Source of the DNA: the human T2T-CHM13v2.0 reference genome, Homo sapiens
Assembly: GCF_009914755.1 (NCBI RefSeq)
Contig: NC_060937.1
Direction: 5' to 3' (one strand)
Length of the DNA: 64,000 nt
Below, one piece after another: positions 40,834-54,329 of this stretch (positions are counted from its first letter, which is position 1; every line of letters begins with the position of its first letter). A model generated the notes under the pieces. That model made no database searches. It was not told where the DNA came from and worked only from the letters and a program-made list of their open reading frames with translations. The position numbers were made by a program, and so were the translations under genes.

Positions 40834-41200
40834 TGTATTCATTTCTTATGTCTGATGTAGGAAATTACTATAATCTTGCTGGCTTTACACAACACAAATT
40901 CACTCCCTTACAGTTCTAGAGGCCAGAAGTCTAACATCAGTTTCACTAGACTAAAATCAAGGTGTTTTCAGGACTGTATCCTTCTGGAGGCTATAGGGAA
41001 GAATCTATTGCCTTTTCTTTTGTAGCCTCTAGAGGCCATCTAAGTTTTTAGTACGTGGCCCCTTCCTCTGTCTTCAAATTTCGTCATTCCAGTTTTGGCT
41101 TACAGCATCACATTCCCTTTTCCATGACTCTGACCCATCCTGCATCCCTATTCTAAGTACCTTTAAGATTACATAAGGCCCACCTAGATAATCCACCAAC
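40834..41200 (-). mobile_element. MLT1C/D-type MaLR LTR (partial)
   Basis: cttacagttctagaggccagaagtct...ctaaaatcaaggtgt...ggcccacctagataatcc. Confidence 0.8.
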
Positions 41201-41329
41201 ATAGCTTCTATTAAATTATACAGTAAAGGGGATAAAATTTGGTTACTATTATATATACACACATATATCACATATGAATTAAGAGCAATTAAAAAAAGAC
41301 ACAGGAAGGTACTACAGTTCTTATTTCTT

Positions 41330-42370
41330 GTCATGGGACTGTAGCCTTCATACATTCAAAGATTGCTTTGCCATCAGAAAATGAGGCTTTTACCTGGTAG
41401 GTAGACATAAGCTTTCACTGTTGAAAGACTTATGGTAGTACAGTGAAATAATCTTTTTTAAAAAATGATTCCCTCTTAATACTAGATGTAGAAAACCTTA
41501 GAGGCACCTGGAGAATTCTCTTGATTCTAGAGACGTTATTGCCTGCCCTTATTGTGAACAACAACTATGATTCCCCTTAGTCATCAGGATCTATCACCTC
41601 AGCCACAAGAGTCACTTCAACTTCAGCTGATTTAGTGATCAGTTTGCAGCTCCAACTTACAGTTCAGTGAGACAATTACTCTGTCTTGTTTAAAGCCTTC
41701 TTCCCTTGGGAACTAATTTCTCTAAGCTAGAAAAGCCCAAAGTGTGGGGACAGGAAGAAAATATTTCACAACTGGGTCATCAGAGGTAATAGAGGAATGA
41801 ACTTCAACTCTCCTTCTTCATGCCTGGACTCATTGATCCTGCTTACCAGAGTAACTATTATGCTGTATAATACGTTAACTGCTGTTTCAAAGAATAGACT
41901 GAATTTGGTAGGAGAGTGGTCCAAAAATGTAATGTGTTGTGGCAGCAGCAACACCACCACTGAGCCTTTGACAGGATATTCTATTATTTTCTCAGGCCAT
42001 CTGCTTCTGGATGATGAGAAAGATAGGAAAAAATCAATCTTATTGGCTTCAAATCCATTATCTTTCTGGTCAAAATCAATGATATTTGGAAAATCATCAT
42101 GTATATAAGGCTTTCAAGAGTACCATGGATGGTGATGCAGGCAGAAGCATTGAAATCAGGGAGGGCAAGTTCATACTCCCAAACTTGAGTTACTCTAATG
42201 TAGAAAAACAAATTCAACTTCTGATTTAATGCAATCAGCCTGTTTACAGCTGATTGATTGGTGCCATACAGCTCAACTCTTCTCAGTCTCTAAGACACTT
42301 AACATTGTGGTTAGTCAGATCAGGCTGGTAGAGAGGAAGCCAGTGTGGTCGAGGCCAACGTATTTGGCAT
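41330..42370 (-). mobile_element. ERVL-type internal remnant (degenerate integrase followed by dUTPase)
   Basis: Minus-strand peptides: WPRPHWLPLYQPDL resembles ERVL WAQQHGLPLTKADL; YELALPDFNASACITIHGTLESLI resembles YGFAFPAHNASAKTTIHGLTECLI; VTLVAEVIDPD (~41582-41616) resembles dUTPase VTVLAGVIDPD. The order is colinear, with many stops and frameshifts. Confidence 0.8.
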
Positions 42371-45300
42371 ACTTAATAAAGAAGAATGTTGGTTTCTCTT
42401 TCTCTTTCATCTTCCATGTATTATGTGAGTACCTCTCATTCTTGAAATCTAAATAGTATGTGAAACCAAGGAAATCTGAGAGAAGCAGTTTTGAATCTTC
42501 CAATGTCTTTAACACAGGGAGGAGCTTAAAAGGAACGAAGTTTTGTTTAGTAATAGGAGTTGAAATCCAGCACAATGTGTGTAATACATTATATATAATA
42601 GGAATAGGTTACAGATAAAGTTTTGTTAAATGAATAAGTAGTCCAATATTCTAGAATCATTGCATCTATTTCTTCTAATATAATAGTAACATAAATTTTG
42701 CTCATTAGGTATATGTGCATCATGCAGATACTATTCATTTATTTAATTTATATTAAATATGCACAAAACTCCTGGATATTTGAGATATTAGAGTCAAGCT
42801 GATTATCATTTAAATATAACTTAAATGAGCCATATTCTCAGTAGAAGGTATCAAATAGTATTTTTTTCTGTATATTGAAAATACCAATATTCATTTTGAA
42901 ATAAAATATACACATTATACATTCTGAGGAAATTTTTGTCCACATTTTTCTAAAATCTACCCATTTATTTTTTAGCTGTTTATCTCAGTCTCTAAGTTTT
43001 ATTTAGAGCTGTTCTGTATAGCAACATATTTCATATTTTTATTACCTCGTCAAATAGTTTTGGTAGTCTGTTTAGGTAAAATCTAAGTTATATTTATTTA
43101 CAGCTCATATCAGTGTGATTTATTATTTATATTTTATCAATCCTTCGATATTCTAGATTCTCATAATAAATATAGAATCTTTCTATATAAATTAGTCTTT
43201 ACTTTCAAAATAAGAGTTTCTCAGGACTGTAGCAGAAGTTTTTATATTATCTATGTATTGGAGCACTGTATCTTTAAACAGTAGATTCCAAACAGAGAGA
43301 TGACAGGCAAAATGTTCTTTCTTCTCTTCATCCTCATGTTTCCCTCCATGCTAACCACAGTTCTGTGGGTCTATTAGTATATTTTGCTGTTGATTTGAGG
43401 TCAGGGTGGGGATTAAATTACAAATCTTTAGTAAAAATGGATTTTGGTGTATTCAAACTAGGGTTGGATTGGCAATGGCACAATATTCAGCCTAGCGTCG
43501 CATAATTATTTGTGATCATTAATGTGATATTCTATGTGGCATTCAGTATGTAGTATTCAGATTACCATAATTTTTTCTATAAACTTGAATACTTTTGGAA
43601 AAATTATTTCTAAAATTAATGTATTTTAATGTGCCTCATTTCCAGAAGGACTTATTGAAGAGTGGAGGGCGGGAGCAAAAAATGCTTTTTAAAACTAAAA
43701 CAAAATGAAAAGAGATGCAACGTTGTAACAGGTAATGTAGCAATTGCTACAGAAAAATACATGTTGTCAAGTAGAAAAGGCCTAAAGATTATCTAAAGCT
43801 GTATGGCTACATGGTCAGTTACACAATGCATAATTTCTGTAAATTGAACAAAACAAGCAAATGTTTTCCAGTGGTCTTTTTACAACAAGAAAATAGATTT
43901 CATATTGCTAAGGAAGTTTTACCTGTAATCCAGAAATTTAGATCTGAACCATTCTCTATTATATATATGGTGTGTGTGTGTGTGTGTGTGTGCACGTGCG
44001 CACGTGTGTTTGGAAGAAAACAATGTCTATTATAACTTCAGTGCAGACTATAGTAACTTTCAGCTCATGACCTGTGTGGTTGTTAATGCCATCTAATATC
44101 CCACCAGGAACATACTATGGAATATCATAGTATTTTGTACTATGCCTTGACCTTATTATTATTATTTGTTTTTGCAGCAGTTGAATAACACATTTGTATG
44201 GTTTTGTTAGGGTCAAAGATATTATATATGGGAGATATGGGGATTTAAAAGACAATGCTTCATAACTAGATTGAATGTTTGGCTATAAAGACAGACCAGA
44301 ATTATTGCAACTCAAGTGTGTTATTGGATCCAAGGAGATAATTATTGATTGACATATGGATCACAGTTGCGATATTTCAACTTGGCTTACAGGATAGTGA
44401 CAATCTCTCTCTCTCTCTGTCGCTCACTCTTGCTCACTTTCGCTCTCACTCTCTGTCTTGTTCTTTCCCTCACTCAATCCCTTCTTTCCTCTCTCCTTCC
44501 CTACCTCCAAAAGCTGAATTGTAGTTTTTGAAGTATAATATGTAGCATTCCACAATTCATTGTTTCTTTATAATTCTTAATCTTCATTGCCAAGTCTTTA
44601 AATCTTGCTCACTGTGTTAAACTCTTTATTTATTTACAGTGACTATTTTCATGTAATTTATAATAATTGCCTGCATTGCACTTCCATTCTTTAGTTAAGA
44701 GTATTTTGGTGAAAAGAGAGCATTCATTAAATTATTCATTAGATTCCAAAGAGAGAAAAGACAGGATAGGGCTTTCATTGAACAAGTACTTTGAGGTCAG
44801 AGCAGGCCCAAGCCTGTCCTGGCTCACAATATGCTAAGCATTTACCACTTAAGTGTAAATGAGCTTAATTTATCAACTGAAAATGAAGGAAATACTTCCA
44901 TATCATACAACACCTCACTGTTGAAAAATATCCTGGTGCCTAATAGGCAATTAATGTATCTTAGCTCCTTTTATTTCCTTCAAAATAGGCATTCAGTTTT
45001 AGATATAAATTTTTAAAATATTGTAATGTTTTTTACAGGCACATTAAAATGTCTTCTAAACCTCAAATTATTAAAAAAGTTTTCATGTTGCTAGCACTTA
45101 GTTCCTTCTAATTTCATTGATGCCATAAATGAAAAATTATTTGTCCCATTGCCCATATCACTATAGTATTTGCTAGTTATTTTAAATTTTATAATACAAA
45201 TTTTAAAAATCTGTGAAATAAAAATCCTAACAATATATTATTTTGAAATGGCACAAACAATATCCTACCCTGTTTTAATCACTTAAGAAATATTTTCAGT

Positions 45301-45558
45301 TTCCTTAAATCAGCTTGCTTTGAAATATCTGACTTACTTTAAATAACACAAATGCAATCCAGCACACAAATTTTACTGTTGTCCCTGGAAACTGCAGAGC
45401 TAATTCCCTGTGCAGTTCACATAAAATATATCTCCTAGTGTCCAGTTTGGTTTTATCTGATGAAGCAAAGCAGAGAAAATAGAGTATGTAAGTATTAGCA
45501 TTGCTTGTTTGCTGGCAAACAAAAGATTTTTAGCTAGCTGAATTATTTAGAAGTGTTT

Positions 45559-45593
<35 letters not shown>
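45559..45593. repeat. (TG)n microsatellite
   Basis: Read directly from the sequence. Confidence 0.95.
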
Positions 45594-45595
<2 letters not shown>

Positions 45596-46648
45596 ATAAT
45601 TCCTCCTCATCCTTCTTTCATGAATACAAGAGAATACAAGCTAGAAAAAAATATTTACAATGCAGTCTGATTCTGGCATGAGAATACAGTTATTTCATTT
45701 GAAATTTTAGTGATACAATACCAAATCAACTGTGTTAAATGGTTTTGTATGACAGGACTAATAGTAACTATTTTTGTAAAGTGAAAAATCATTGTGCCCT
45801 TTTGCAGCAGAGATGAAAATTGCAGAGTGCTGCCAGCATTATTCCTTCTCTCCCTAACAAGCCGTACATAAATGCAGTAAATCGCAGATGTTGTTGATTC
45901 TGTTTGCCTTGCCTTACCTAGGAAAATCACAAAGACTTTACTTCTATTCTCATTGGAATCCAACAATTATCATCAAACAATATTAAGTGGTGAGATATCA
46001 TTGTTTCACTTATTCAGATCAGTAGAGTCTTGGACCTATATGCCCCTATAATAAGTGCAAATTAATGCGTAGGATGTAATTTACGACCAAGTGTGGTCTC
46101 CTTTTCTTCCTGGCAGATTTTGACAGTCACAAACTATTTCTTAATACTGCCAGAATGTCTGGCTTCAATTCCTTTTTTGTGCCACCTGATCCATTCATTT
46201 ACTCCACAGGTAACTAACTTTAAGTAACTAAATCTAAAAAAAAAAAAAATCAACTGAAGAGTGACATCAATGTGAATCATATCTAATATCCACAATGGCT
46301 ACAGAATCAACTTTTCCTTTTACACATTGGAAGAGGTAAATAATTATAAAAGCCAAAGAAAATGTCTATTTTACTACAACATTTTGTAGACGAGGGTGTA
46401 AATTCGACTTTTTTTTTGTCTAAAATTCATCATCCCCTGCATCTCAGATTTGTGGCAAATGTCACTATATTTCAGTGTTACTTACTTAATCTATTGAACA
46501 ACTAAACAGACTGAAGTGGTAACAAAAATAAATAAATATTTTTATAGTCAATAAAAATAGTTGGAATCTATAATATTTTTAGATAATGATGGGATTTAAG
46601 AGAACAGATTGAAATTAAACCTAGAGGAGGAAATTGGGGGTGTAAGAG

Positions 46649-46774
46649 TGTCTTAGTCAGCTCAGGCTGCAATAAGAAACAACCATAGCCTGGACACTTT
46701 AAACAACAGACATTTATTTCTCACTGTTCTGGAGGCTGGGAAGTCTAAGCAAGGTGCCCACAAACTTGATTCTT
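46649..46774 (-). mobile_element. MLT1A-type LTR 3' end
   Basis: tgtcttagtcagctcaggctgc...aaacaacagacatttatttctcactgttctggaggctgggaagtc. Confidence 0.85.
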
Positions 46775-46775
46775 C

Positions 46776-47382
46776 GCTTCTTTGAGTTTGACTATTTTAG
46801 ATACCTCATAGAAGTGGAATCATGAAGTGTTTTTCCTTCTGTGATGGGCTTATTTCTCTTAAAATGATGTCCTTAAGCTTCATCCATATTGTTATGTATT
46901 GCAGGATTTTTTATTTTATTATGGCTGAATAATATTGCCTTGTATGTATATACCAGATTTTAAAAAATGCATTCTTTTATATGTGAATATTTGGGTTATT
47001 TTCACATCTTGACTATTGTGAATAGGGTTGCAATTAATATGAAAGTACTAATATCTTTCTAAGACCTTAATTTCAGTCCTTTGGAATAAATACCTGGAAG
47101 TGATGTTACTGGATCATATGGGAGATCTATTTGTAGTTTTCTGAGGAAACTCCATCATGTTTAGTGGGTGCACCATTTTGCATTCCCAACAGTATACAAG
47201 AGTTGCAGTTTCTCCACATCCTCACCAACATGTGTCTTCTACTTTTGAAAAAAAAATAATAGCCATCATAACAGGTGTGAGATGATATTTCATTGTGGTT
47301 TTATGTTTCTGTAATGATTAGTGATATTAAGCTTCTTTTCACATGAAAATGGCCTCTTGGCCATTTGTATGTCTTCTTTAGA
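46776..47382 (-). mobile_element. L1MA8/L1MB-like fragment
   Basis: tttgactattttagatacctcata...gtggaatcatg...ttgcattcccaacagtatacaagagtt. Confidence 0.82.
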
Positions 47383-47419
47383 ATTACATATTCTGGTGTG
47401 ATAAGATTTTCTTCAAAAT

Positions 47420-47741
47420 GGTAAAAAAATTGCAGCAGATGGAATGCAGAAGCAGATATGAGATTCCATTTGTCTTTTATTAAGCCAGATGTTAAAATGA
47501 TTTGCAAACATGTAAAATAATGTCGTTCTTTCACTCAGCATATTGTTTTGGAAAACATAGTTAGTTTTACAAATATCTGCTCTTTATCTTATGAGTTAAA
47601 GAGCATATATAGTAATGAGTTTATGGATGCTATTTTAAAATTACTACCAGATAAACTCACATAAGGAAAAGCTTTATAGAGTTCTGAATAATATGTAAGA
47701 GTGTAAAGGAGTCCTGAGATAGCAATGGCTAAGCCCTGCTG
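47420..47741 (+). mobile_element. Charlie1a-like hAT transposon 3' end
   Basis: gcagaagcagatatgagattcc...ttaagccagatgttaaa...taagagtgtaaaggagtcctgaga. Confidence 0.75.
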
Positions 47742-47744
47742 CTT

Positions 47745-48620
47745 TAGAATGTTTTTCGTCACAAAATCCAACTATAACTCACTTAAACAAGAAAGAAATG
47801 TATTGGCCACTGTAACCCAGAAGTCAGAGGTACTTCAAGTGTTGTTTATACAGAATTCTTTTTTTTATATATATACTTAAATTCTGGATACCTGTGTGTG
47901 CAGAACGTGCAGGTTAGATTTGTTACATAGGTAAATATGTGCCATGGTGTTTTACTGAACCCATCAACCCGTCATCTACATTAGGTATTTCTCCTAATGC
48001 TATCCCTACCCTAGCCCCCCACCCACCGACAGGCCCTGGTGTGTGATGTTCCCATCCCTGTGTCCATGTGTTCTCATTGTTCAACTCTCACTTATGAGTG
48101 AAAACATGCGGTGTTTGGTGTTCTGTTCCTGTGTTAGTTTGCTGAGAATGATGGTTTCCAGTTTCTTCCATGTCTCTGCGAAGGACATGAACTCATCCTT
48201 CTTATGGCTGCATAGTATTCCATGGTGTATATGTGCTACATTTTCTTTATCCAGTCTATCACTGTGGAGAATTCTGTTCCCTGTAATTTCCTCAGCTCTT
48301 TGCCTCTATACGTTGGTTATGTCCTCAGACTCTTTCTTTTCTCCTGACCTCAAAATTGCTGAAGCAGTTCAAGCGCTCATAGTATAGAAAAGTTTGTGTT
48401 CCACAGTTTCCACTAATTTCTCTGAAATTCACTGTGATTGGATAGGTGTAAGTCACATGCCTTCCCTTTGTCAATCCTGTGATCATGGGTGTAACATATG
48501 TTGACAGGATTTTCTGTTTCTGTTTAAATGTTTAGTTGCATATTCCTAACCAGGAGGCAAAAGTAAAGTTTCCCTAAAACTACAGGAATCTTCTGTGGGA
48601 AAGACAGAAATGATGCTAGG
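47745..48620 (-). mobile_element. MLT1J/K-like LTR split by an L1PA insertion
   Basis: cttaaacaagaaagaaatgtattggc lies before the L1 and ctgtgattggataggtgtaagtcacatgcc after it. Confidence 0.55.
47860..48267 (-). mobile_element. 5'-truncated L1PA7-like 3' end
   Basis: catcaacccgtcatctacattaggtatttctcctaatgc. TSD agaattct at 47852-47859 and 48268-48275. Confidence 0.92.
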
Positions 48621-48699
48621 AAAGCAGCGAAGAAATCTATTGTGCTGCATTAATGAGTTTATACTAAATGGAGTAATAGAGTTTTAGATTTATAAGCAG

Positions 48700-49120
48700 A
48701 AATGTCATCAGTTAATTTATTATTTTTCTCAATTTATTTAGGCCACTATATAGAGAATGGAAATTTGGGAACAAGAATGAAAGCAGAGAGGTCAGTGAAG
48801 AAGCTGTTGCTATAATCCAGAGTGTAGGCAATGGTATCTTGATTTGGGGATTGTCAATAGTGATGTAGTCAAAAGGATTAATTCTATGTTTGGAGATTTT
48901 ACTAACGAACGCATGGATCCTTTGGATATCAGGATGAGGAAAAGAGCAAAATAATGTTTAGGTTTTGAGTTTAAGTTAAAGTGAGCACTGGATGATGTCA
49001 TGTCCAGAAATGAGTGAGAATCGGGAAACAAGGTATTGGGGAGAACAAACATTCTTTTTTTAGGCAAGTTCAGATTTAGATGCTATTTTAGTGGTGACAT
49101 CAAATAGCTATCTGGCTACA
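48700..49120 (-). mobile_element. L2 fragment
   Basis: gcagagaggtcagtgaagaagctgttgctataatccag matches the reverse L2 pattern. Confidence 0.65.
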
Positions 49121-49815
49121 TGAGTTAATTTTTAACCTTGCCATCAATATGTCTTACTGAAGTTCATAGTATACAAATAAAATTGACAATCGAATGTCAT
49201 ATTGACAAAATAGAATAAGCATACCTAATGGCCAGTTGACATTTTATCTGCTATTTCTTGTTTTCAAAGTCTTTTAAAGATCTTTATCTTGATATGAAAA
49301 TTTATTTTCTCAAGGCTTCTAGTCTACGTGTTTCACACAAGTATTCACTAAACATGTCGTGAGCATCTATTATGTGCCATGCATCTCTCATTAATTAATA
49401 TCTAATTTTGGAACATATAGATCATTAGTATTTATTCCTGGAAAAATGTGCATATTTCTTTGAAGTAAGTTAAGAAATACAATAGTAAAAATAATAAAAG
49501 TACTTATTATTTTATTTATTATATCATAACTACACTTGTTTGCCTAACACTGGTCAGACACTGGGCCAAGAGCTGAGTAGACAGTAAGGAATAAATAAAT
49601 CTTATAGTGTGGTATGTCATGAATAGTGACTTACAACTTTAAATCTAAGGTCAAGTAGATATTTAGAAGATATGTGATGCAAGAAAGAATAAGAGGTAGA
49701 TGTGAAAACACTGTTCTTTAGTGTCAACTAAAACTTTTTAGAGTCAACTAAAATTGGTGTAGTCTGTTTATATATAATGTCAATGCATCTAACTCCACGA
49801 TGATGCCATCTAACT

Positions 49816-50044
49816 CAGGGATTCTCAGCCTCAGTATCATAGACATTTTGGAATAAATATGCCTTTGTCGTGGGAGTCTGTCAGGTGTGTTCTAGGATGT
49901 TTAGCAGCATTGCTGGCCTCTACCCACTAGATGTTAGTAGCAATTTCCCATTTGTTGCAACCCGAAATGTCTCTGTCAATTATTAAATGCCTTGCCTTGT
50001 GGGGTAACTCCTGCCCTAATCCACCCTTCTTGTCGAGATCACTT
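49816..50044 (-). mobile_element. MER20
   Basis: cagggattctcagcctcag...aggatgtttagcagcattgctggcctctacccactagatg. Confidence 0.85.
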
Positions 50045-53000
50045 CTAAATTTCTAGTAATGACCTTCTAGGTAATTCTACATATATCTCCTAACATTTTC
50101 TCTAAAGAAAAAAAAATATAAATCAAATTGTTAAGATTCTTTCTGATATCACAAGACTCAGAAGATAACTTGACAATTATTATTGTCATCAGAATTATCT
50201 AAGGACGAATTCTTAAAGCCTGGAAATCTTTACAATTTACATAATATTTTCAGAAGGATTTGGAGACACAGTTAGTAAAATGGGTGATTCCTGGATCCTA
50301 GTTTTGTGTTCTTTCTACTAGACCTGTGATTTAATGCTTGCCTATTTCTGATGATGGTGCTATGAATTGCTTAGTCTCTAAGAGTTAAAATGTCTCATTG
50401 GATTTATTTTTACTTTCCTCTATTTTTTAAAGCCTGTTCACACCTTTACCACCTGCCATCAAATTAGTCACAAAACCTTATAAGTGATTCTAAAAATTCT
50501 TTAGAGCACTGGTCATTCTAAAATTTTAATTTCCATTCCTTTTAACAACTCTTTCCCCTACTCTTGCCAAAATTTTAGATTTAGATCCACTGGTTACTTC
50601 ATGTTGGTACATGTATATTAGGTTCTAAATTGTTCTGTCTTTTCTCCCTATTCCTCAAAATATGTAGTACAACCACCAGTAGATGAATCCTAAAACACAA
50701 CTGCAATCATAACCCTCCTCTATTCCTAAATGTTAAATGATTTCTCCAATTCTACAGAATACATTTTTGGTTATATCTTACACTCTTTAAATACAATTGT
50801 TTTTCAGTTTTAAGAACCTCCATAATCTATTTCCAGGAAAGTCATTCCTTATCTTCAAGACTTTTATTCCTAAGCAAATCACCAGTTATCATAAAGACTT
50901 TTATTCTACGAGAATTGTCCTACCAACCCTACAAAGACTTGAAGACTCTGTCATAAAGATTTTTCTACATTGTTCTTGTGGCAGAATAGCTAATTTCCTT
51001 TCTCTATCTAAACCCTATTCTTGTTTCAAGCAACAAAATATTTCTTAGTTATGCAGCTAGCCTATTCCAGCCCACAATGTCTCTCTCTTCTGAGGCATCA
51101 ACATGTATATTTTTACTTGTTATTTTCAATTAACAATATACTATTATACAATATATCTTGCAATTATTTTCTTAAGTCAGCTTCTGTCAGAGGGATTTGT
51201 GCACCAACGGAAGAAGTCAAGCAAAGGCATTACTGAGTTGAAAACCCAGATTCACTTGAATCCTCTATGAAGGTCTGTCACAGGAGAGTTTATCCCGTCT
51301 CATGGCATGGATTTCCATACCACTTACCAGTGATTTATTTATCCTTTAGTAACACTTGACCACTCTGGGCATGGGGTGAGGTGAGGGCAGGATATAACTC
51401 CCAGAAACTTCTGGCCCTAGGCTCCTTTGGATGGTGTATCTTTAGCAGCACAATGGTAACCTTCCAAAGATGGTAGAGGCCAAGTGATAGAAACAAGCTC
51501 AAAAAAGCTGAAGGACAGGCACACAGATTGTAAGAGGGATCAGAGAGAATCTGAACAAATCAACAACAGTGTTTATTGTAAATATGGCCTTATAATAATT
51601 GCCATACTCTTAACCAATTTTTTGCATTTATTCTGTTTCTTTTTTAATAAATTGAAGGTTTTTGGACATCAGGGTTGGTTTACATTCCATGCATTTTGGT
51701 ATCTGCTCAGCAGTAAGCATTAGACATAGTTATTGCTTGGTGAACATTTGTTAACTCATATTTAAAATTAATTAACACATATCTTTTACATGAGTTCATG
51801 CTTAGGTTATAGGTTAGGCTGTATGATGTTTAAATTATTACAGTGTTGCATAAAATGGGGAACACTTATTTGCCCATTTGGGTTTCATTTTCTCACTTTT
51901 TAAGCAGAAGCCTGGGGCTTCTGTAGGAAAATAATTAGCAAGATTTTCAAGTTACCATACCATATGATTTTTTTCCTTTATGTGTATTTCTTAATACTGA
52001 TATTCTGTCTCTGCCAGCCAGTGTGTTTGCCACAAGTCATTGGCAAATTAAAATGCCAGTTCTTTTTCCGGGTATTTCAATTATAGCTTCTTCTAGGCAT
52101 TCCCATGGTGAAGACTAAACTTATGCACATTGGTTTAATTTTTGTACATGTAAACTTGTGACACTGTAAACTTTTTATTGAATAATTAAATTTTTTTCTT
52201 CTGGTCTTTACCACAATAACTATAGCTGTAGTGAATTAGATGTTTAGCCAAATAAACACACCAGAAAACCATGTGTCAGTCAATATGCTGTTTTTTACTG
52301 CAAGTCCATCTTTATCAAAACATGATTAATTTATGTCTAAATTACCTTCTTGAAGAGAGAATATTCCGATAAACACAAATAAGTTATCTAGAAGGTTAAA
52401 TTTTTGAAAGGTGATTCTTGTTCATCTAATGACACTGCCAAGCATATAATATTGTTAATCAAATTTGTTTCCTTAAGGTGCAATCATGTAAATTATGAGA
52501 TGTTTTCAGCGTTAAGATTGAATATGTTATTTTACAACTCACTGGAAATCATCTACTTATTAGAATAACCTTAAGACTTATTTTTAAAAAGCAAAACATC
52601 AATTTCATATAAAATCTATACAATCTGCAATATTTCATTATATATAAAGAGTGTTGCATTTATATTTATCTCTCTTTATTAGGGATTCCTTTGAACCATT
52701 AGAACTGCGTGATAACAAGTATGTTAAACTTTTCAGTGTCAGCTATAGGCCCATCATGGTAGTTTGCATTATTTCTGAGTATAATCATTATATGTGTGTG
52801 TGCGTATATATATGTGTGTGTGTGTGTATATATATATAAAATATATGCATATTATATGCATATATACTCAGCTGTTTTTGAAAATTCATATTGAAGAAGT
52901 TATTATTTAAAACTTTATGAGGTACTGAAAGAGAAATACAGAGGACCAACTAGGTTGAAAATCAAGTTTTATAGAGATAAATTGATTTGGGGTTATATTT

Positions 53001-53334
53001 GAGAGAAAAATAAAGACATTGCATAAGTGTTGCCAGAAATCTCCAGACACTCCACTGAATACGGGTAAATTCTAGTATGCCATGCACAGTCATAATCAGT
53101 GGTGATCTCATTTATTCTCCAAGAGTTTTTCATTATGTTTCTTCCCAAACCCTAGGCTCAGTGGTATATATTTCTTTACTTGTCTTATTTCTTTATTCCC
53201 TTTTCTCTCCTTTCAGCCTCCTTTTCTGTTTTGAGTAAAATCTACTTCTTTCATCACACTCTCTAACCTTCACTGCCCTTAAAATATAATACAGAAGAGG
53301 GAAAAAAATCACTCTATAGGCAGTCAACCAAACT

Positions 53335-53480
53335 GGAGCCTGGAGAATTGATCCCATCATTCATTGGCCTTATTTCTTGAACTGCAAAATGAGGAAAATA
53401 ATACCCACTATGTTTAACTCATGATGATTTGTAATTTTTAAGTGAGATTATATATATGAAAGCAATTTGAAAAGAGCAAA
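53335..53480 (+). mobile_element. MIR fragment
   Basis: ctgcaaaatgaggaaaataatacc...aagtgagattatatatatgaaagc. Confidence 0.6.
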
Positions 53481-53641
53481 GCTTTATTAGATTGAGCCGA
53501 CTCAAATATACCTTCTTCAGGAATTAATGTGTGCCCACATCTGAAAAGAATCTGTTTTCCTCCTCTGGGCTACAAAAGCCTTTAATTTATATCTAAGTTA
53601 TGGGAGTTATTATATAGGATTCAAATAATCTCTTGCATTAG

Positions 53642-53968
<327 letters not shown>

Positions 53969-54159
53969 ATTATCTATTTTACTTTTGAACTCTCAACATT
54001 ACCCAGTGCGTAACTTTCACTAGAAAAAGTTAATTGAACAGGAAAATTTTGCCTGCATTGCTCACTCTTCCCGAAAGCACAAACTAGTGTATATTTTTCC
54101 ATTTGTCATTTTTTAAATATCGGTTTAAAAGTCAACTCTGTTGAACTTCATTGGAGTCC

Positions 54160-54329
54160 TGTGATCCCAGAAAACAGCGATGACTTAAGAAATGCCTCTG
54201 CCTCTTATGTTCCCCATATGATTTAGGTAAGACTTAAAGATGCTCTTCTGTGTACCAATGACAAAACCAGACACATATCCTCTAAAATCCTCTTCTTTGC
54301 ATACTATATGATCACCTGAACTTGTTTTT
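54160..54329 (+). mobile_element. MER67-like ERV1 LTR, 5' part
   Basis: tgtgatcccagaaaacag...ttccccatatgatttaggtaagact...atgacaaaaccagacaca...ctgaactt. Continues at 63071. Confidence 0.65.

Noticed and set aside
41766-42575. Protein-like minus-strand ORFs as a possible processed pseudogene or non-retroviral EVE
   Set aside because: The peptides match ERVL integrase/dUTPase, and there is no poly(A) tail or TSD of a retrocopy.
45905-45966. Minus-strand splice donor ctag|gtaagg within a 103-aa ORF
   Set aside because: It is an isolated motif with no recognisable acceptor, partner exon or protein similarity.
49718-49817. Short tandem duplications (gtcaactaaaa x2, catctaactc x2)
   Set aside because: They are too short to distinguish from ordinary slippage.
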